A stretch of 64,000 nucleotides of DNA from an uncultured Chitinophaga sp. (GCA_964560445.1 CAZLLT010000007.1:20255-84254), one strand, 5' to 3'. Shown: positions 19,700 through 30,634, counted from the first letter of the stretch. A program made the numbers and translations. Notes: a model not told the origin generated them from the sequence alone.

Positions 19700-19750
19700 T
19701 CCCGGAAAATTGGCCGGGGTTCATTGTGCCTTTTATTTTATAGATCACAC

Positions 19751-20971
19751 TTACTGATACACCCTGATATAATCCACGATCAGCCATTGCGGAAAGTAAG
19801 TGCTTGCATCCGGGCTGCCGGGCCAGTTGCCGCCGACTGCCAGGTTAAAGATGAAAAAGAAATCCTCATTAAAAGGATAGGTAGTACCGCCCAAATTCAA
19901 ATCTTCTTTTTTGGCCCGCCCAAATTCCACATTGTCCAAAAACCAGATGATTTCATCTTCTTTCCATTCTAAAGAATACACATGAAACTCATTGTTCAGA
20001 TTGCCGGAAGCCAATGTTTTGGAATATGTTTTAGAAGTACTTGCAGGACCGGGGCCATAATGTATGGTGCCATGTGTGGTACCCGCCTGGTGTCCTACCA
20101 TTTCCATAATATCAATTTCGCCGCTTGCAGGCCAACCGCCATACAAGTTATCCTGCGGCATCATCCAGAATGCAGGCCATATCCCTTTTCCGACAGGCAG
20201 CTTAGCCCGCATATCTATCCTGCCGAATTTGAAAAACTTTTTGCCTCTTGACACAATTTTTGACGAAGTATAGTTTCTGCCGTTGTAAGTTTCTTTCTGT
20301 GCTTCAATAATCAATTTACCATCCTGGAAAAAAAGATTAGATGGCCGCCCGGTATAATATTCCAGTTCATTGTTGCCCCATCCGCAAACAGAAGGGCAGC
20401 CATCACCCGCTTCCACCGTCCAGGCGTCTGTATCCAATGTGCCGGCATTGAATTCATCGGCCCATATCAATGTATAGCCGGGGTAAGAGGTAGCGGCTTC
20501 GTACCCTTCATTGGTAAAGGCCACCTTGGTATCATCATTACGGATAATGACTTTAGCCGTTCCTTTTTGTATGGTAGCATTGGAGGCAGATGAAATGGTA
20601 ACGGTAAAATCGTCATCCCCCTCCTTCATATCATCCGCCACAACAACAATGGGAATGTTTTTGGATGTTTCATTAACCGCAAAATTTATCGTTTGATTGA
20701 CGGCAGCCGTATAATCCTCACCGCTCCTGGCCCATCCGTTGGCAGTGGAATAGGTTACTGTTACAGGCTCTTTCGGGGCTTTGTCCAATTTCACCTGTAC
20801 ATTAAACGTTTGTGTGCCGCCATTTCCTTCAAATAAAGAAAGGTCTTCTATAGTTACTTTAGGGGGTGTATTTTCGGGCGGTGGTGTGCCGCCGCCGTTG
20901 CCGCCGCCACCTTTGCTACAGGAAAATAAAGTTAAAATACAGATAACAGCAACTATAAAACTGTTTCGCAT
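19751..20971 (-). CDS. GH16 beta-1,3-glucanase lipoprotein with a Calx-beta domain
   Basis: Lipobox LFSC; Calx-beta (VTVTYSTANG.A.SGEDY); catalytic GEIDIME; IWADEF and VDYIRVYQ. Confidence 0.9.
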   Translation of the reverse strand: MRNSFIVAVICILTLFSCSKGGGGNGGGTPPPENTPPKVTIEDLSLFEGNGGTQTFNVQVKLDKAPKEPVTVTYSTANGWARSGEDYTAAVNQTINFAVNETSKNIPIVVVADDMKEGDDDFTVTISSASNATIQKGTAKVIIRNDDTKVAFTNEGYEAATSYPGYTLIWADEFNAGTLDTDAWTVEAGDGCPSVCGWGNNELEYYTGRPSNLFFQDGKLIIEAQKETYNGRNYTSSKIVSRGKKFFKFGRIDMRAKLPVGKGIWPAFWMMPQDNLYGGWPASGEIDIMEMVGHQAGTTHGTIHYGPGPASTSKTYSKTLASGNLNNEFHVYSLEWKEDEIIWFLDNVEFGRAKKEDLNLGGTTYPFNEDFFFIFNLAVGGNWPGSPDASTYFPQWLIVDYIRVYQ

Positions 20972-20985
20972 AGGTTACTTTTTAA

Positions 20986-21768
20986 TTATTGGTACACCCT
21001 GACATAATCAATTTCCATCTTTTGGGGAAAGATGGAATCGTCCACTCCCATTTTTCCTCCCCAGTTTCCTCCTACTGCAATATTAAGCAACAGATGGAAA
21101 CGCTTGTCAAACGGCCATTCATCACTTGTCTTATGCTCGTTTTTAAACGAATAATAAGGATTGCCATCTACCAGCATCTTTATTTCATCTTTTGTCCATT
21201 CCATCGTATATACATGAAATGCGGTACTCAGGTCGGCCATCTTTACCCCGGATGTTTTATTGGTGCCAATGGCATGATTGTACGACTGTGTATGCACCGT
21301 GGCAAAAAGGGAATCCGGGTTATACCCTACATTTTCCATAATATCAATTTCACCGCTTTTGGGCCATCCGCCGTATGCCCAGTCTGTGGGCAGCATCCAT
21401 ATAGCCGGCCAAACGCCTCTTCCTGCAGGCAACTTAGCTTTCACTTCTACTTTACCATAGGTCCAGTCGCCCTTGTTTTTCGACAACAACCTTGTCGAAG
21501 TATATTGAGAACCATTGTACTCTTCTTTTAAGGCGCTAATGGTTAAAAGGCCGTTTGCCACATGCACATTTTCCGGCCTTTGATCAGTATAATGCTGTAA
21601 TTCGTTATTGCCCCATCCGTGGTTACCGGTATCATATCCCCACTTGCTGCTGTCCGGCAGCCCTGTATATTCAAACTCGTCGGCCCATACCAGTTCCCAT
21701 TCCGGCAGCTTTGTACTACTGCAGCCGGAAAGGAGTACCAGGCCTGCTATCCAACATAAAAACTTCAT
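20986..21768 (-). CDS. GH16 beta-1,3-glucanase lipoprotein
   Basis: Lipobox LSGC; LVWADEF, GWGNNELQHY, WPAIWML and GEIDIME. Confidence 0.92.
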   Translation of the reverse strand: MKFLCWIAGLVLLSGCSSTKLPEWELVWADEFEYTGLPDSSKWGYDTGNHGWGNNELQHYTDQRPENVHVANGLLTISALKEEYNGSQYTSTRLLSKNKGDWTYGKVEVKAKLPAGRGVWPAIWMLPTDWAYGGWPKSGEIDIMENVGYNPDSLFATVHTQSYNHAIGTNKTSGVKMADLSTAFHVYTMEWTKDEIKMLVDGNPYYSFKNEHKTSDEWPFDKRFHLLLNIAVGGNWGGKMGVDDSIFPQKMEIDYVRVYQ

Positions 21769-21794
21769 GCTTTTTCAGATTAAGGTGTTAATAA

Positions 21795-21821
21795 GGGGCA
21801 GGCTGACGAAAAGCCCGCCCC
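21795..21821 (-). terminator. Intra-PUL hairpin (attenuator or mRNA stabiliser)
   Basis: ggggcaggct-gacgaaa-agcccgcccc between the PKD lipoprotein and the GH16 genes; no long U-tract. Confidence 0.45.
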
Positions 21822-21901
21822 GTCTGCTAACTGCTTATTGTGCTTATGATTACTCAGTTTAAGATTCTTCCTGATAACAATCACATCATTTAATGTGTAT
21901 A

Positions 21902-22828
21902 TCAGAAAGAACGCAATACAAAGGTCCACCATGCATCTCCCCCGATATTTACGCCTACCGTTAGGATATCATACCCGGCGCCTCCTACATCCTGCTGCAT
22001 ATCAAGAATATCGTAGGTAATAGTGTTGCTTGCAGGGCCGCTGGTGGTTTCGCCGCCATTATGCACTTTTTGCAATCCGATATGTGCTCCTGTGCCATTT
22101 AATTTCAACTGCCCTTTTCCTGCAACTCCTGCCCCATCAATTACCGTATAACTGAATGTGCCTGAAGCCCAGGCCAACTGGGCGCCTGAAAGATTACTGT
22201 TAGGCTCGCACCCATGCGTAGCGGCTCCTATATAGCCATCGCCATAATAATCTCCTTTGTTATCATATTCAAATGTGCCTTCTGCATTGAAATGAAAAGT
22301 GTATTCATCATTGAACTCGCAACTGCGGCCCGTAACATCGCCTGCTCCACTGCTCCACCAGCTACCGTTATTTGGTCCCGGGCCTACCATGTAAGTACCG
22401 GCGTCCGGATTAAGCCTCCATGTTTTTTGTGTGCATCCGGCAATGAACCCGATAGGGTTGGTAGGATTACATGCTGTAGGATCGCTGATAGCCACTGTTA
22501 TTGTTTTAGTAGTGGAATCAAGGCCACCCTGTGCAGCAGCTACGAGTTTTACCTCATACGTTCCGGCAAAGATGAGTCTCAGTTGTGCAGAATCCCCTGA
22601 AAGTTTCTGTCCGGTACTGATATGCCAGAAAGGAATAGCAGGGCCACCGCTTTTATTAACCAATATAAATGTATTGGCATTAGCACCCGGCACCACTTCA
22701 AAATCAATGGATGGTATCGGCGTAAGCCCAAGATCATCTCCCCTTTTTTTACAAGCCTGCAACAATACTGCTGTTAAGGCAAGTAACAGGAGGGATGAAA
22801 ACCAGGTTTTTTTATTTATACTATACAT
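21902..22828 (-). CDS. PKD-domain surface lipoprotein (SusE/F-like glycan-binding candidate)
   Basis: Lipobox LQAC; PKD-like AGTYEVKLVAAAQGG; sits directly after susD. Confidence 0.7.
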   Translation of the reverse strand: MYSINKKTWFSSLLLLALTAVLLQACKKRGDDLGLTPIPSIDFEVVPGANANTFILVNKSGGPAIPFWHISTGQKLSGDSAQLRLIFAGTYEVKLVAAAQGGLDSTTKTITVAISDPTACNPTNPIGFIAGCTQKTWRLNPDAGTYMVGPGPNNGSWWSSGAGDVTGRSCEFNDEYTFHFNAEGTFEYDNKGDYYGDGYIGAATHGCEPNSNLSGAQLAWASGTFSYTVIDGAGVAGKGQLKLNGTGAHIGLQKVHNGGETTSGPASNTITYDILDMQQDVGGAGYDILTVGVNIGGDAWWTFVLRSF

Positions 22829-22870
22829 AAGAATTTGTTTTTAATTTTTCATACAATCGTTAGCCGTTGA

Positions 22871-24394
22871 TTAATTGTAATTCGGGTTTTGCTGAAGACC
22901 ACCGCCTGTAACATCTATTTCGCTTTGCGGAATGGGCAGCACTTCATTTTTACCGGATACAAAACCTGAGGGGCCTAATACAGAACTTGCCTGGCCAGTA
23001 CGGATCAAATCCCAGAAACGATGTCCTTCTGTTGCCAGTTCCAATTGTCTTTCCTTATAAACATTCTCCAATGTAACAGCAACCGGGGGCAGGCCTACCC
23101 TGCTGCGTACCCCTGTAAAGCTGCCTGAGCCATTTAACAGGTCGCCGGCCCTTGCAGCGCTGCCGCCGCTTCTGAGCAAGGCTTCTGCTTCGAGCAGATA
23201 AGTATCAGCAAGCCGTATCTCAATTTCATTATACGGCCAGTTCAATTCCGCTGTGCCAACCGGGGAGCGGAAGCTCTGCATGGGCGCATATTTTTTTACA
23301 AAGTAATTGGTGTTCTGATAGCGGTCATTATAGGTGGCCCCTCCCGTTCTAAGTGCATTGCCATCAATAATTGTATGCTCAAAACGGGGATCGCCGGTCA
23401 TCAACGCTACCAATTCAAGTGTAATGGGTGCAAAGCCCCATCCGGCAGAATAAGTTGGGCCATTGTAATCAGCCATTCCTATAAACTGCGGCGCCACATT
23501 ACCTTCCCCGCCGTTGATCCATCCCCAATCGCCCCATGATGCGTTGTTTGAATGGGGAATTTCCAGGATGGATTCCGCATTGAACTTATTGCCCGGGTTG
23601 AAGATATCACCGTAGCCAGACAGAAGCTGATACACATTTGAAGTATTCACTTCATTCAGCAACTGTGCAGCCTGCGCCATGCGGCTGTTATCATTCTGAT
23701 ACATGATTACCTTAGCCAATAATGCCCTGGCAGCGCCTTTTGAAAGGCGGCCCGATTCCGTTACAGGAATAGTAAGAGGTAAATCCGGGATGGCTTCCGT
23801 AAGGTCTTTTTCAATCTGTGCAAATACATCTGCGGCAGGCACCTGCTGCTGCGTGTATAATTCTGATGCAGGTATGGGGCCTGTTATCAAAGGGATATTA
23901 CCAAACCACCTGATCAGGTCAAAATAGAAATAGGCCCTCAGGGTTTTTGTTTCGGCAGTAACACGGCTTTTAAATGCCGCGGAAAGGAAATCAGCCCCTT
24001 CCATTTTTGATAACAGCAGGTTGGTCCTGAAAACACCTGTATAGTTTTTCGACCACAAGCCACCCTGCGGCCCCCTGAACGGGTCTAATGTAAAATTATC
24101 ATACGCCACCCAGGAAGGCTGGTCAGAGGCATCGCTTCCCCCGGCATGCGCTTCATCCGAAGCCACGGTAAGCAAGGGCATCTTCATGGTATAGCCGCCG
24201 GTATTGCCCCATTGCATTACATCGTATGCGGCTATCAGCCCCTGGAACACCTGTTCTTCGTTTTTGTAAAAATTATCTTCCAGTTCTGTGCCACGGGGCT
24301 TCATTTCCAGAAAATCCTTCCCGCAAGAGGCAAGCAGGGTTGTAATAAACAACGCAGGAAGTATATATGCTTTTATATTTTTTAAAAGTGCCAT
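22871..24394 (-). CDS. RagB/SusD family outer membrane lipoprotein
   Basis: Lipobox LASC; LRAYFYFDLIRWFG.IP, IRLADTYL and ERQLELATEGHRFWDLIR. Confidence 0.95.
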   Translation of the reverse strand: MALLKNIKAYILPALFITTLLASCGKDFLEMKPRGTELEDNFYKNEEQVFQGLIAAYDVMQWGNTGGYTMKMPLLTVASDEAHAGGSDASDQPSWVAYDNFTLDPFRGPQGGLWSKNYTGVFRTNLLLSKMEGADFLSAAFKSRVTAETKTLRAYFYFDLIRWFGNIPLITGPIPASELYTQQQVPAADVFAQIEKDLTEAIPDLPLTIPVTESGRLSKGAARALLAKVIMYQNDNSRMAQAAQLLNEVNTSNVYQLLSGYGDIFNPGNKFNAESILEIPHSNNASWGDWGWINGGEGNVAPQFIGMADYNGPTYSAGWGFAPITLELVALMTGDPRFEHTIIDGNALRTGGATYNDRYQNTNYFVKKYAPMQSFRSPVGTAELNWPYNEIEIRLADTYLLEAEALLRSGGSAARAGDLLNGSGSFTGVRSRVGLPPVAVTLENVYKERQLELATEGHRFWDLIRTGQASSVLGPSGFVSGKNEVLPIPQSEIDVTGGGLQQNPNYN

Positions 24395-24413
24395 AGTCTA
24401 AAGATTTTAATCA

Positions 24414-27400
24414 TTAAAAACCAAGATTGATTCCTACCATCAATGTACGGGCCTGCGGATAAATACCCCTGTCAACGCCACTGCCGCCCATTTCAGGATC
24501 GTAGCCATTGTATTTTGTAAGTGTAAACAGGTTATTGGCCATAACATACAAACGCAGTTTGTCCAGGCCTGCTTTTCTTATAGCTGCATTCTTAAATGAA
24601 TATCCTACCTGGAAAGTTTTGATGCGGAAATAATCGCCTTTCTGTACATAGAAATCAGAGCTGCGGCTGAAGTTTTGATTTTCCGCTGCGTCGTTCACAT
24701 TCAGGCGGGGATAATAATTGGATGAACCTTCACCGGTCCACCTGCCTAATGCATCGCCTGTATAATTAGCGTTTTGCAGGTCAAAGCGGCGTAACGCCTG
24801 GAATATTTCGTTGCCGCCTACACCCTGGCCGAATAATGTAACATCAACCCCTTTCCATGCAGCCGTGGCTGTAAAGCCATAACTCCATGTTGGCGTAGGA
24901 TCGCCGATAAAGGTTCTGTCGTCATTATTCAATACGCCATCGCCGTTGTAATCGATGAACCGGATATCACCCGGTTTGGCAAGCGGCTGCAACAGATCGC
25001 CATCTTTATTTACATGACTGTTTATATCTGACTGGTTCTGGAAGAGTCCATCTGTTTTAAATCCATAGAAATGATGAATGGGATAGCCGAGGGTAATACG
25101 GGCAAACTCCACTCCCTGCGGGCCAAAATTCTGGCTGTTAGGAAGGAATGTAGCGTTTCTTCCCAGGTACACTATTTCATTTTTCAGGTAAGCTACATTG
25201 CCCGCAATATTAAAATCAACATTACCCAGCCTGTTCTTATAACCCAGTTCCACTTCAAAACCTGAATTTTTCATATCACCAATATTGGCAACAGGACTTC
25301 CTGTTCCAACATATCCTGGTACAGGGTCTGTCAGCAGCAGATCATAAGTTTTCTTATTAAACCAGTCAACTGTCAGGTTGAAATTTTTAAACAGAACGGC
25401 ATCAAAGCCAATATCTATTTGTGCTGTGGTTTCCCATTTCAAATCAGGGTTGCTCATCGCATTGGGGCTGAAACCTGTGATCAATTCGCCATTGACGGTA
25501 TAGTTTCTGCCGCCACCTACAGTAGAGAGATAACGGAAGTCCCCGATACGGTCATTACCGTTTTCGCCATAAGAGGCCCGGATTTTGAGGAAACTGATCT
25601 TGTCCGAATTCCAGAAGGATTCTCTTGAAGCCACCCAGCCCACGGATACTGACGGGAACAAACCGAATTTATTATTTGAACCAAACCTGGCTGAACCATC
25701 CCGGCGAAGGATAGCCTGCACTAAGTACCTGCCATCAAAGTTGTAATTAATCCTTCCGAAGATAGAAGCCAACCGGCCCTGGTATTCACCGCCCCAGAAG
25801 TATTGATTTGTTTGCGGTACTGAAAATCCTAAGGAAGCGTCTTTCAGGTTATCTACCGGAATACCCCTCTTGGTGCCACCATTACTCTCCCCGTAATTTT
25901 TTTGTGCAGCCGTGCCTACGAGTCCTGTTATGCTGTGCATACCGGTATTATAGGTATAGGAAAGCGTATTCTCCCACATCCAGAACATGCCCCTGCTTGT
26001 TTCACGGGTATAACCGTTCAGGTCAACATTCTGGTTGATAGAATTCAGATAATAAAGCGGCTGAAAACTTTCATAACCCCAGAAGGCAAGGTCTGTACCT
26101 AACTGAGAACGGAATTTCAACCCTTTCACCGGCGAAATTTCCAGGAAGCCGTTCGCAACGATCTTATCAGACCATCCTTTGCTTTGATCAATCTTCAATG
26201 CAGCAAGCGGATTCAGTATTTCAGACGTTACCCATGTAGAAATGCCGTAAGGATTTCCATTGGCATCCCGCACTATATAAGGACTGTTTGTGTAAGGCGC
26301 CTGGCCGATTACAGAAGGGTCAGTAACTATGGCAGGAGTAAGAGGGTCTAAATTGATAGCCCTGTTTAATGGGCTGCCCCATTCCGTATTCGTACCCACA
26401 CCTACCGACCATGACCTTGTGTAGCCGATATTGGTACCGAAAGTAATGGCCTTATTAATATTATGCACTGTATTGAACCTGGCTGTAAAACGGCTCCATT
26501 TGGAATTGGAGGTTGCCACAATACCTTCCTGGTCCAGAAAACCGAACGAACCATAATAAGATGATTTTTCGTTTGAACCGGAAAGGCTTAATTCATGGTT
26601 TTGAATAAAGGCATTATCATTAAATACAAGGCTTTGCCAGTCTGTTCCAACACCCAATGCTTTGGGATCAGAAAAACGGATTGATTGTCCGCCATTCAAT
26701 AATGACTCATTTATTAATGTGGCATATTCTTCCGCATTCATCAGGTTCAGTTTACGCCAGGGGGCTTGTGTGCCTACATAACCGTTATAGCTAACTGAAA
26801 TATCACCCCGCTTTCCTTTCTTGGTAGTTATCAGTATCACCCCATTTGAAGCTTGTGTACCATAAATAGCAGCGGAAGCCGCATCCTTCAATACATCGAT
26901 TGATTCGATATCAGCCTGGTTGAGAAAATCAATGCCACCATTAATAACCACGCCATCTACCACATATATAGGATCCGTATTGGCGCCGATGCTGGAAACA
27001 CCACGAATACGAACCTGTGCAGCAGAACCCGGCTGGCCGGAATTAACTGCCACCTGCACACCGGCAATACGGCCCTGCATGGAGTTTTCTACCCGAAAAA
27101 CAGGCATGTTTTCTAAGTCCGAAGCATTTACCCGGGAAATGGCGCCGGTTACTTCACGCCTTTTTTGTGTGCCATAACCCACTACCACTACTTCTTCAAG
27201 GTCGCCGGGAAGTGCATCCAATACAAAATCGTAAGTGCCGGATTGGGTTATCAGCCTTTCCTGTGCCGTCATACCGGTATGACTGATAACAATAGTACTA
27301 CCGGCGGGAACAGACAGCGAATAGTTTCCTTTTGCATCTGTGCTAACCCCTGTAGTGGATTCTTTTACTTTAACAGAAGCCCCTACCAGGATTTCGCCGG

Positions 27401-27518
27401 TTGATTTGGAAGAAACTTTTCCTGAAATCTGGAGTTCTTGCGCAAATGCCTGTATAATAAAGCATTGCAGCATTGCAATCATGCAAATTCTGAGTAGCGT
27501 TTTCATTTTCATACGCAA
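24414..27518 (-). CDS. SusC/RagA family TonB-dependent transporter
   Basis: EEVVVVGYG, DPIYVVDG, VLKDAASAAIYG..ASNGVILITTKKG, LKWETT and terminal GINLGF. Confidence 0.97.
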   Translation of the reverse strand: MRMKMKTLLRICMIAMLQCFIIQAFAQELQISGKVSSKSTGEILVGASVKVKESTTGVSTDAKGNYSLSVPAGSTIVISHTGMTAQERLITQSGTYDFVLDALPGDLEEVVVVGYGTQKRREVTGAISRVNASDLENMPVFRVENSMQGRIAGVQVAVNSGQPGSAAQVRIRGVSSIGANTDPIYVVDGVVINGGIDFLNQADIESIDVLKDAASAAIYGTQASNGVILITTKKGKRGDISVSYNGYVGTQAPWRKLNLMNAEEYATLINESLLNGGQSIRFSDPKALGVGTDWQSLVFNDNAFIQNHELSLSGSNEKSSYYGSFGFLDQEGIVATSNSKWSRFTARFNTVHNINKAITFGTNIGYTRSWSVGVGTNTEWGSPLNRAINLDPLTPAIVTDPSVIGQAPYTNSPYIVRDANGNPYGISTWVTSEILNPLAALKIDQSKGWSDKIVANGFLEISPVKGLKFRSQLGTDLAFWGYESFQPLYYLNSINQNVDLNGYTRETSRGMFWMWENTLSYTYNTGMHSITGLVGTAAQKNYGESNGGTKRGIPVDNLKDASLGFSVPQTNQYFWGGEYQGRLASIFGRINYNFDGRYLVQAILRRDGSARFGSNNKFGLFPSVSVGWVASRESFWNSDKISFLKIRASYGENGNDRIGDFRYLSTVGGGRNYTVNGELITGFSPNAMSNPDLKWETTAQIDIGFDAVLFKNFNLTVDWFNKKTYDLLLTDPVPGYVGTGSPVANIGDMKNSGFEVELGYKNRLGNVDFNIAGNVAYLKNEIVYLGRNATFLPNSQNFGPQGVEFARITLGYPIHHFYGFKTDGLFQNQSDINSHVNKDGDLLQPLAKPGDIRFIDYNGDGVLNNDDRTFIGDPTPTWSYGFTATAAWKGVDVTLFGQGVGGNEIFQALRRFDLQNANYTGDALGRWTGEGSSNYYPRLNVNDAAENQNFSRSSDFYVQKGDYFRIKTFQVGYSFKNAAIRKAGLDKLRLYVMANNLFTLTKYNGYDPEMGGSGVDRGIYPQARTLMVGINLGF

Positions 27519-27610
27519 GCTTTGGTTTTAATAGCCAGAATGGCTGGTTTTCAAAATAGAATCGTTAAGATAAAATTAACATGAACCGGGTTCACTGACC
27601 TAAAAATACG

Positions 27611-27629
27611 CTACATCACTACTACATCA
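27611..27629. promoter_or_regulatory. Direct-repeat operator candidate for the PUL regulator
   Basis: CTACATCA at 27611-27618 and 27622-27629 (11-bp period) between divergent susC and regulator genes. Confidence 0.55.
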
Positions 27630-27714
27630 TATCACATACACAAGCTAAAAATGCCCTTTCAATAATACATCATAAGTAAAAATAGTATTACTTTGCCGGT
27701 GCGATTATTATAAA

Positions 27715-30624
27715 ATGTCAAGAATACTTTCACTTATTAGTTTTTTTACCTTCAGCAGCGCCTGTTTATGTCAAAATACTATTGGCTTGCCCGAGATAAC
27801 TAATTATCATAAACAGACTTATAAAGGAGGCTCTCAAAACTGGGATATTGCCCAGGGCAAAAACGGAATAATGTATTTCGCTAATAATGAGGGGCTTCTG
27901 AGCTTTGATGGAACTTACTGGAAATTACACCCGCTGCCGAATAAAACCATTGTACGATCGCTCCTGATTTCCGACGACGGCAAAATATACACAGGCGGGC
28001 AGGACGAGTTAGGCTATTTTCTGCCGGACAAAACGGGGAAATTAATATACCATTCTATCAAAGACCTTATTCCCCTCAAACACAGGTCTTTCACTGATGT
28101 ATGGGACATTGTGTGCCTCGGTGATGATTTTTTTTTCCGTACCACCGAAAAGATATTTCATCTGTCTAAAGAGGCTATTTCCATTTACAAAACAGATAAC
28201 TGGCTTTTTTTAGGAGAAAATAACGGCGAGGTCATTGCCCAGGACTTTCACAGGGGGTTGCTCCGGTTTAAAAAGGGTCAATGGTTGCCTGTTGACAACT
28301 CCGGCTTTAACTCTCCCAACATACTTATTACTGCAAGCCTGCCTTTTGATACCGGCGCTTCATTAATCACCACATTAAAACACGGTATTTTCCTGCTTAA
28401 AAATGACCGCCTGGAAAAATTTGAATCATCCGCCCTGAAAAAAAACCCTGATTACCACATTTACGCAGCCACTATTATCAATGAAGAGCATATTGCACTT
28501 GCCACTACCTCCCACGGGTGCATCATCATTGACAGAAGCGGCAACCAGGTACAATACTTTTCCAGGAACAACGGGCTGCAGAAAAACTCGGTTCTTTTTG
28601 CCTGCGCTGACAAAAACAAGAACCTGTGGCTGGCCCTGGACAACGGAATTGATTTCATTGCCTACAACAGCGCCATTAAAAATATATTTCCGGATAAGCA
28701 GAACGAAGGGGCCGGTTACTCGGCCATTATACACAACAACAACTTTTATGTTGCCACAACCAACGGTCTTTATTATGTGCCGCTATATAAAACGGAAGAC
28801 CTCAGTTTTGTTAAAGGTGATTTTTACCCTGTAGAACATACGACCGGACAGGTATGGAATGTATCCGAAGTAAACGGGAAGCTACTGGCCGGTCATCATG
28901 AAGGGGCTTTTATTGTTGAAGGAAATAAAGCCCGGAATATAGATAATTCAAGCGGCTACTGGTCATTTCTGCCTTATTCGGCCATACAGCCTTCCCGGAT
29001 CATGGTAGCAGGCACTTATTTCGGGATTAAGTTTTATAACTATGAAACCGGCCGTTTCAGCCATCTCCCTTCCGATGCCAACTTTGAATCATCCCGCTTT
29101 GTATCTATTGTTGATGATGAAATATGGGTGTCGCACCCCTATAAAGGCGTATTCAAAGTAACCTGGAAAGAAAATCAGCCGACTGAAATCTATTCTTATT
29201 CAAAAGGCAGCGATCCGCTTCCGAGAAACGGCAACTATATTTTTAAGATAAAAAACAGGCTTGTTGCTGCAACGGAAACAGGTATTTATGAATACAACCG
29301 TTCAAAAGACCTGTTTGAACCGGCCGCCGACCTGCAGCAAATATTCGGTAACAAGGCCATCCGGTATATGAAAGAAGACCCTTCCGGGAATGTGTGGTTT
29401 GTTTACGACAAAAACCTGGCAGTAGCTGATTTCAGCACGCCGCAGCCAACCATTATTTATATAACAGAGCTGAACCGGAAAATGGTCAGCGGGTTTGAGC
29501 AGGTGTACCCGGTAGATAGCAACAACGTATTTGTAGGATCGGAGAAAGGATATTTTCACATCAATTACTATAAGTATAAAGAAACACACCCAGGCGTATC
29601 AGTACAGATCAGTGAAGTATGGGCTATTGGTAAAACGGACAGCCTTTTGTTTGGCGGCTATTCCGGTTTTACAGAAGGCTCACAACAACAGACCTACAAA
29701 CCTTCCATCCCTTACAACTGGAACTCGTTTCATTTTGAATTCTCTTCGCCATTATACGAACAACAGGCCAATATAGAATACAGTTGCTACCTGAAAGGGT
29801 ATGACAAAAAATGGGGCGAATGGACGGATAAAACAGAAAAAGAATACACTTACCTGCCCGCCGGCAGCTATGAATTCCAGGTGAAGGCAAGAAATAATTT
29901 CAAAAATGAATCAGTTATTTACAGTTACTATTTTGTTGTAAAGCCGCCCTGGTACCAAACATGGTGGGCCTATGTACTGTATTCTCTTGCATTTGTGTAT
30001 GGCCTGTATCTTGTTTACCGGTGGCAAAAGAAAAAGTTTATCCGCCAGAAACAACAATATGAGGAAGAGCAGAAAAATATTCAGTACAGGTACCAATTGG
30101 AACTGGAAAAGAATGAAAAAGAGATAATGGCCCTTCGCAATGAAAAGCTGGAAGCCGAGATACAGCATAAAAACAAGGAAATGGCTTCGGCCACCATGCA
30201 CCTGGTAAAAAAAGGAGAGATGCTTGCGAAGATGAAAGACGAATTACAGCGCCTTTCCAAAAATGAAAACAATGAGCAGTCGCTGGATTCCCTTAAAAAA
30301 ATGATCAAAACACTGGGAGAAGAAGAAAAGATGGATAAAGACTGGGAACACTTTACCATACATTTTGACAAAGTGCATAACGACTTCTTCATTGCCCTTA
30401 AAGAAAAACATCCCAACCTGTCTGCCAACGAAATGAAGCTTTGCGCCTACCTCCGCATGAACCTTAGCACAAAAGAAATGGCGCAGCTTATGAACATTTC
30501 TGTAAGAGGGGTAGAAATAAGCAGGTACAGGCTACGAAAAAAACTGAGCATTCCCACAGAAACAAACCTTTTCACCTATTTGCTCGACTTTCATTCGCCT
30601 GTGAAGCCAATCAATCAGAACTAA
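27715..30624 (+). CDS. One-component PUL regulator: beta-propeller sensor, Y_Y_Y domain, TM helix, LuxR-type HTH
   Basis: QNWDIAQ...YFANNEGLLSFDG propeller start; YTYLPAGSYEFQVKA; PPWYQTWWAY TM; C-terminal KLCAYLRMNLSTKEMA..MNISVRGVEISRYRLRKK. Confidence 0.9.
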   Translation: MSRILSLISFFTFSSACLCQNTIGLPEITNYHKQTYKGGSQNWDIAQGKNGIMYFANNEGLLSFDGTYWKLHPLPNKTIVRSLLISDDGKIYTGGQDELGYFLPDKTGKLIYHSIKDLIPLKHRSFTDVWDIVCLGDDFFFRTTEKIFHLSKEAISIYKTDNWLFLGENNGEVIAQDFHRGLLRFKKGQWLPVDNSGFNSPNILITASLPFDTGASLITTLKHGIFLLKNDRLEKFESSALKKNPDYHIYAATIINEEHIALATTSHGCIIIDRSGNQVQYFSRNNGLQKNSVLFACADKNKNLWLALDNGIDFIAYNSAIKNIFPDKQNEGAGYSAIIHNNNFYVATTNGLYYVPLYKTEDLSFVKGDFYPVEHTTGQVWNVSEVNGKLLAGHHEGAFIVEGNKARNIDNSSGYWSFLPYSAIQPSRIMVAGTYFGIKFYNYETGRFSHLPSDANFESSRFVSIVDDEIWVSHPYKGVFKVTWKENQPTEIYSYSKGSDPLPRNGNYIFKIKNRLVAATETGIYEYNRSKDLFEPAADLQQIFGNKAIRYMKEDPSGNVWFVYDKNLAVADFSTPQPTIIYITELNRKMVSGFEQVYPVDSNNVFVGSEKGYFHINYYKYKETHPGVSVQISEVWAIGKTDSLLFGGYSGFTEGSQQQTYKPSIPYNWNSFHFEFSSPLYEQQANIEYSCYLKGYDKKWGEWTDKTEKEYTYLPAGSYEFQVKARNNFKNESVIYSYYFVVKPPWYQTWWAYVLYSLAFVYGLYLVYRWQKKKFIRQKQQYEEEQKNIQYRYQLELEKNEKEIMALRNEKLEAEIQHKNKEMASATMHLVKKGEMLAKMKDELQRLSKNENNEQSLDSLKKMIKTLGEEEKMDKDWEHFTIHFDKVHNDFFIALKEKHPNLSANEMKLCAYLRMNLSTKEMAQLMNISVRGVEISRYRLRKKLSIPTETNLFTYLLDFHSPVKPINQN

Positions 30625-30634
30625 GAATAGCATT

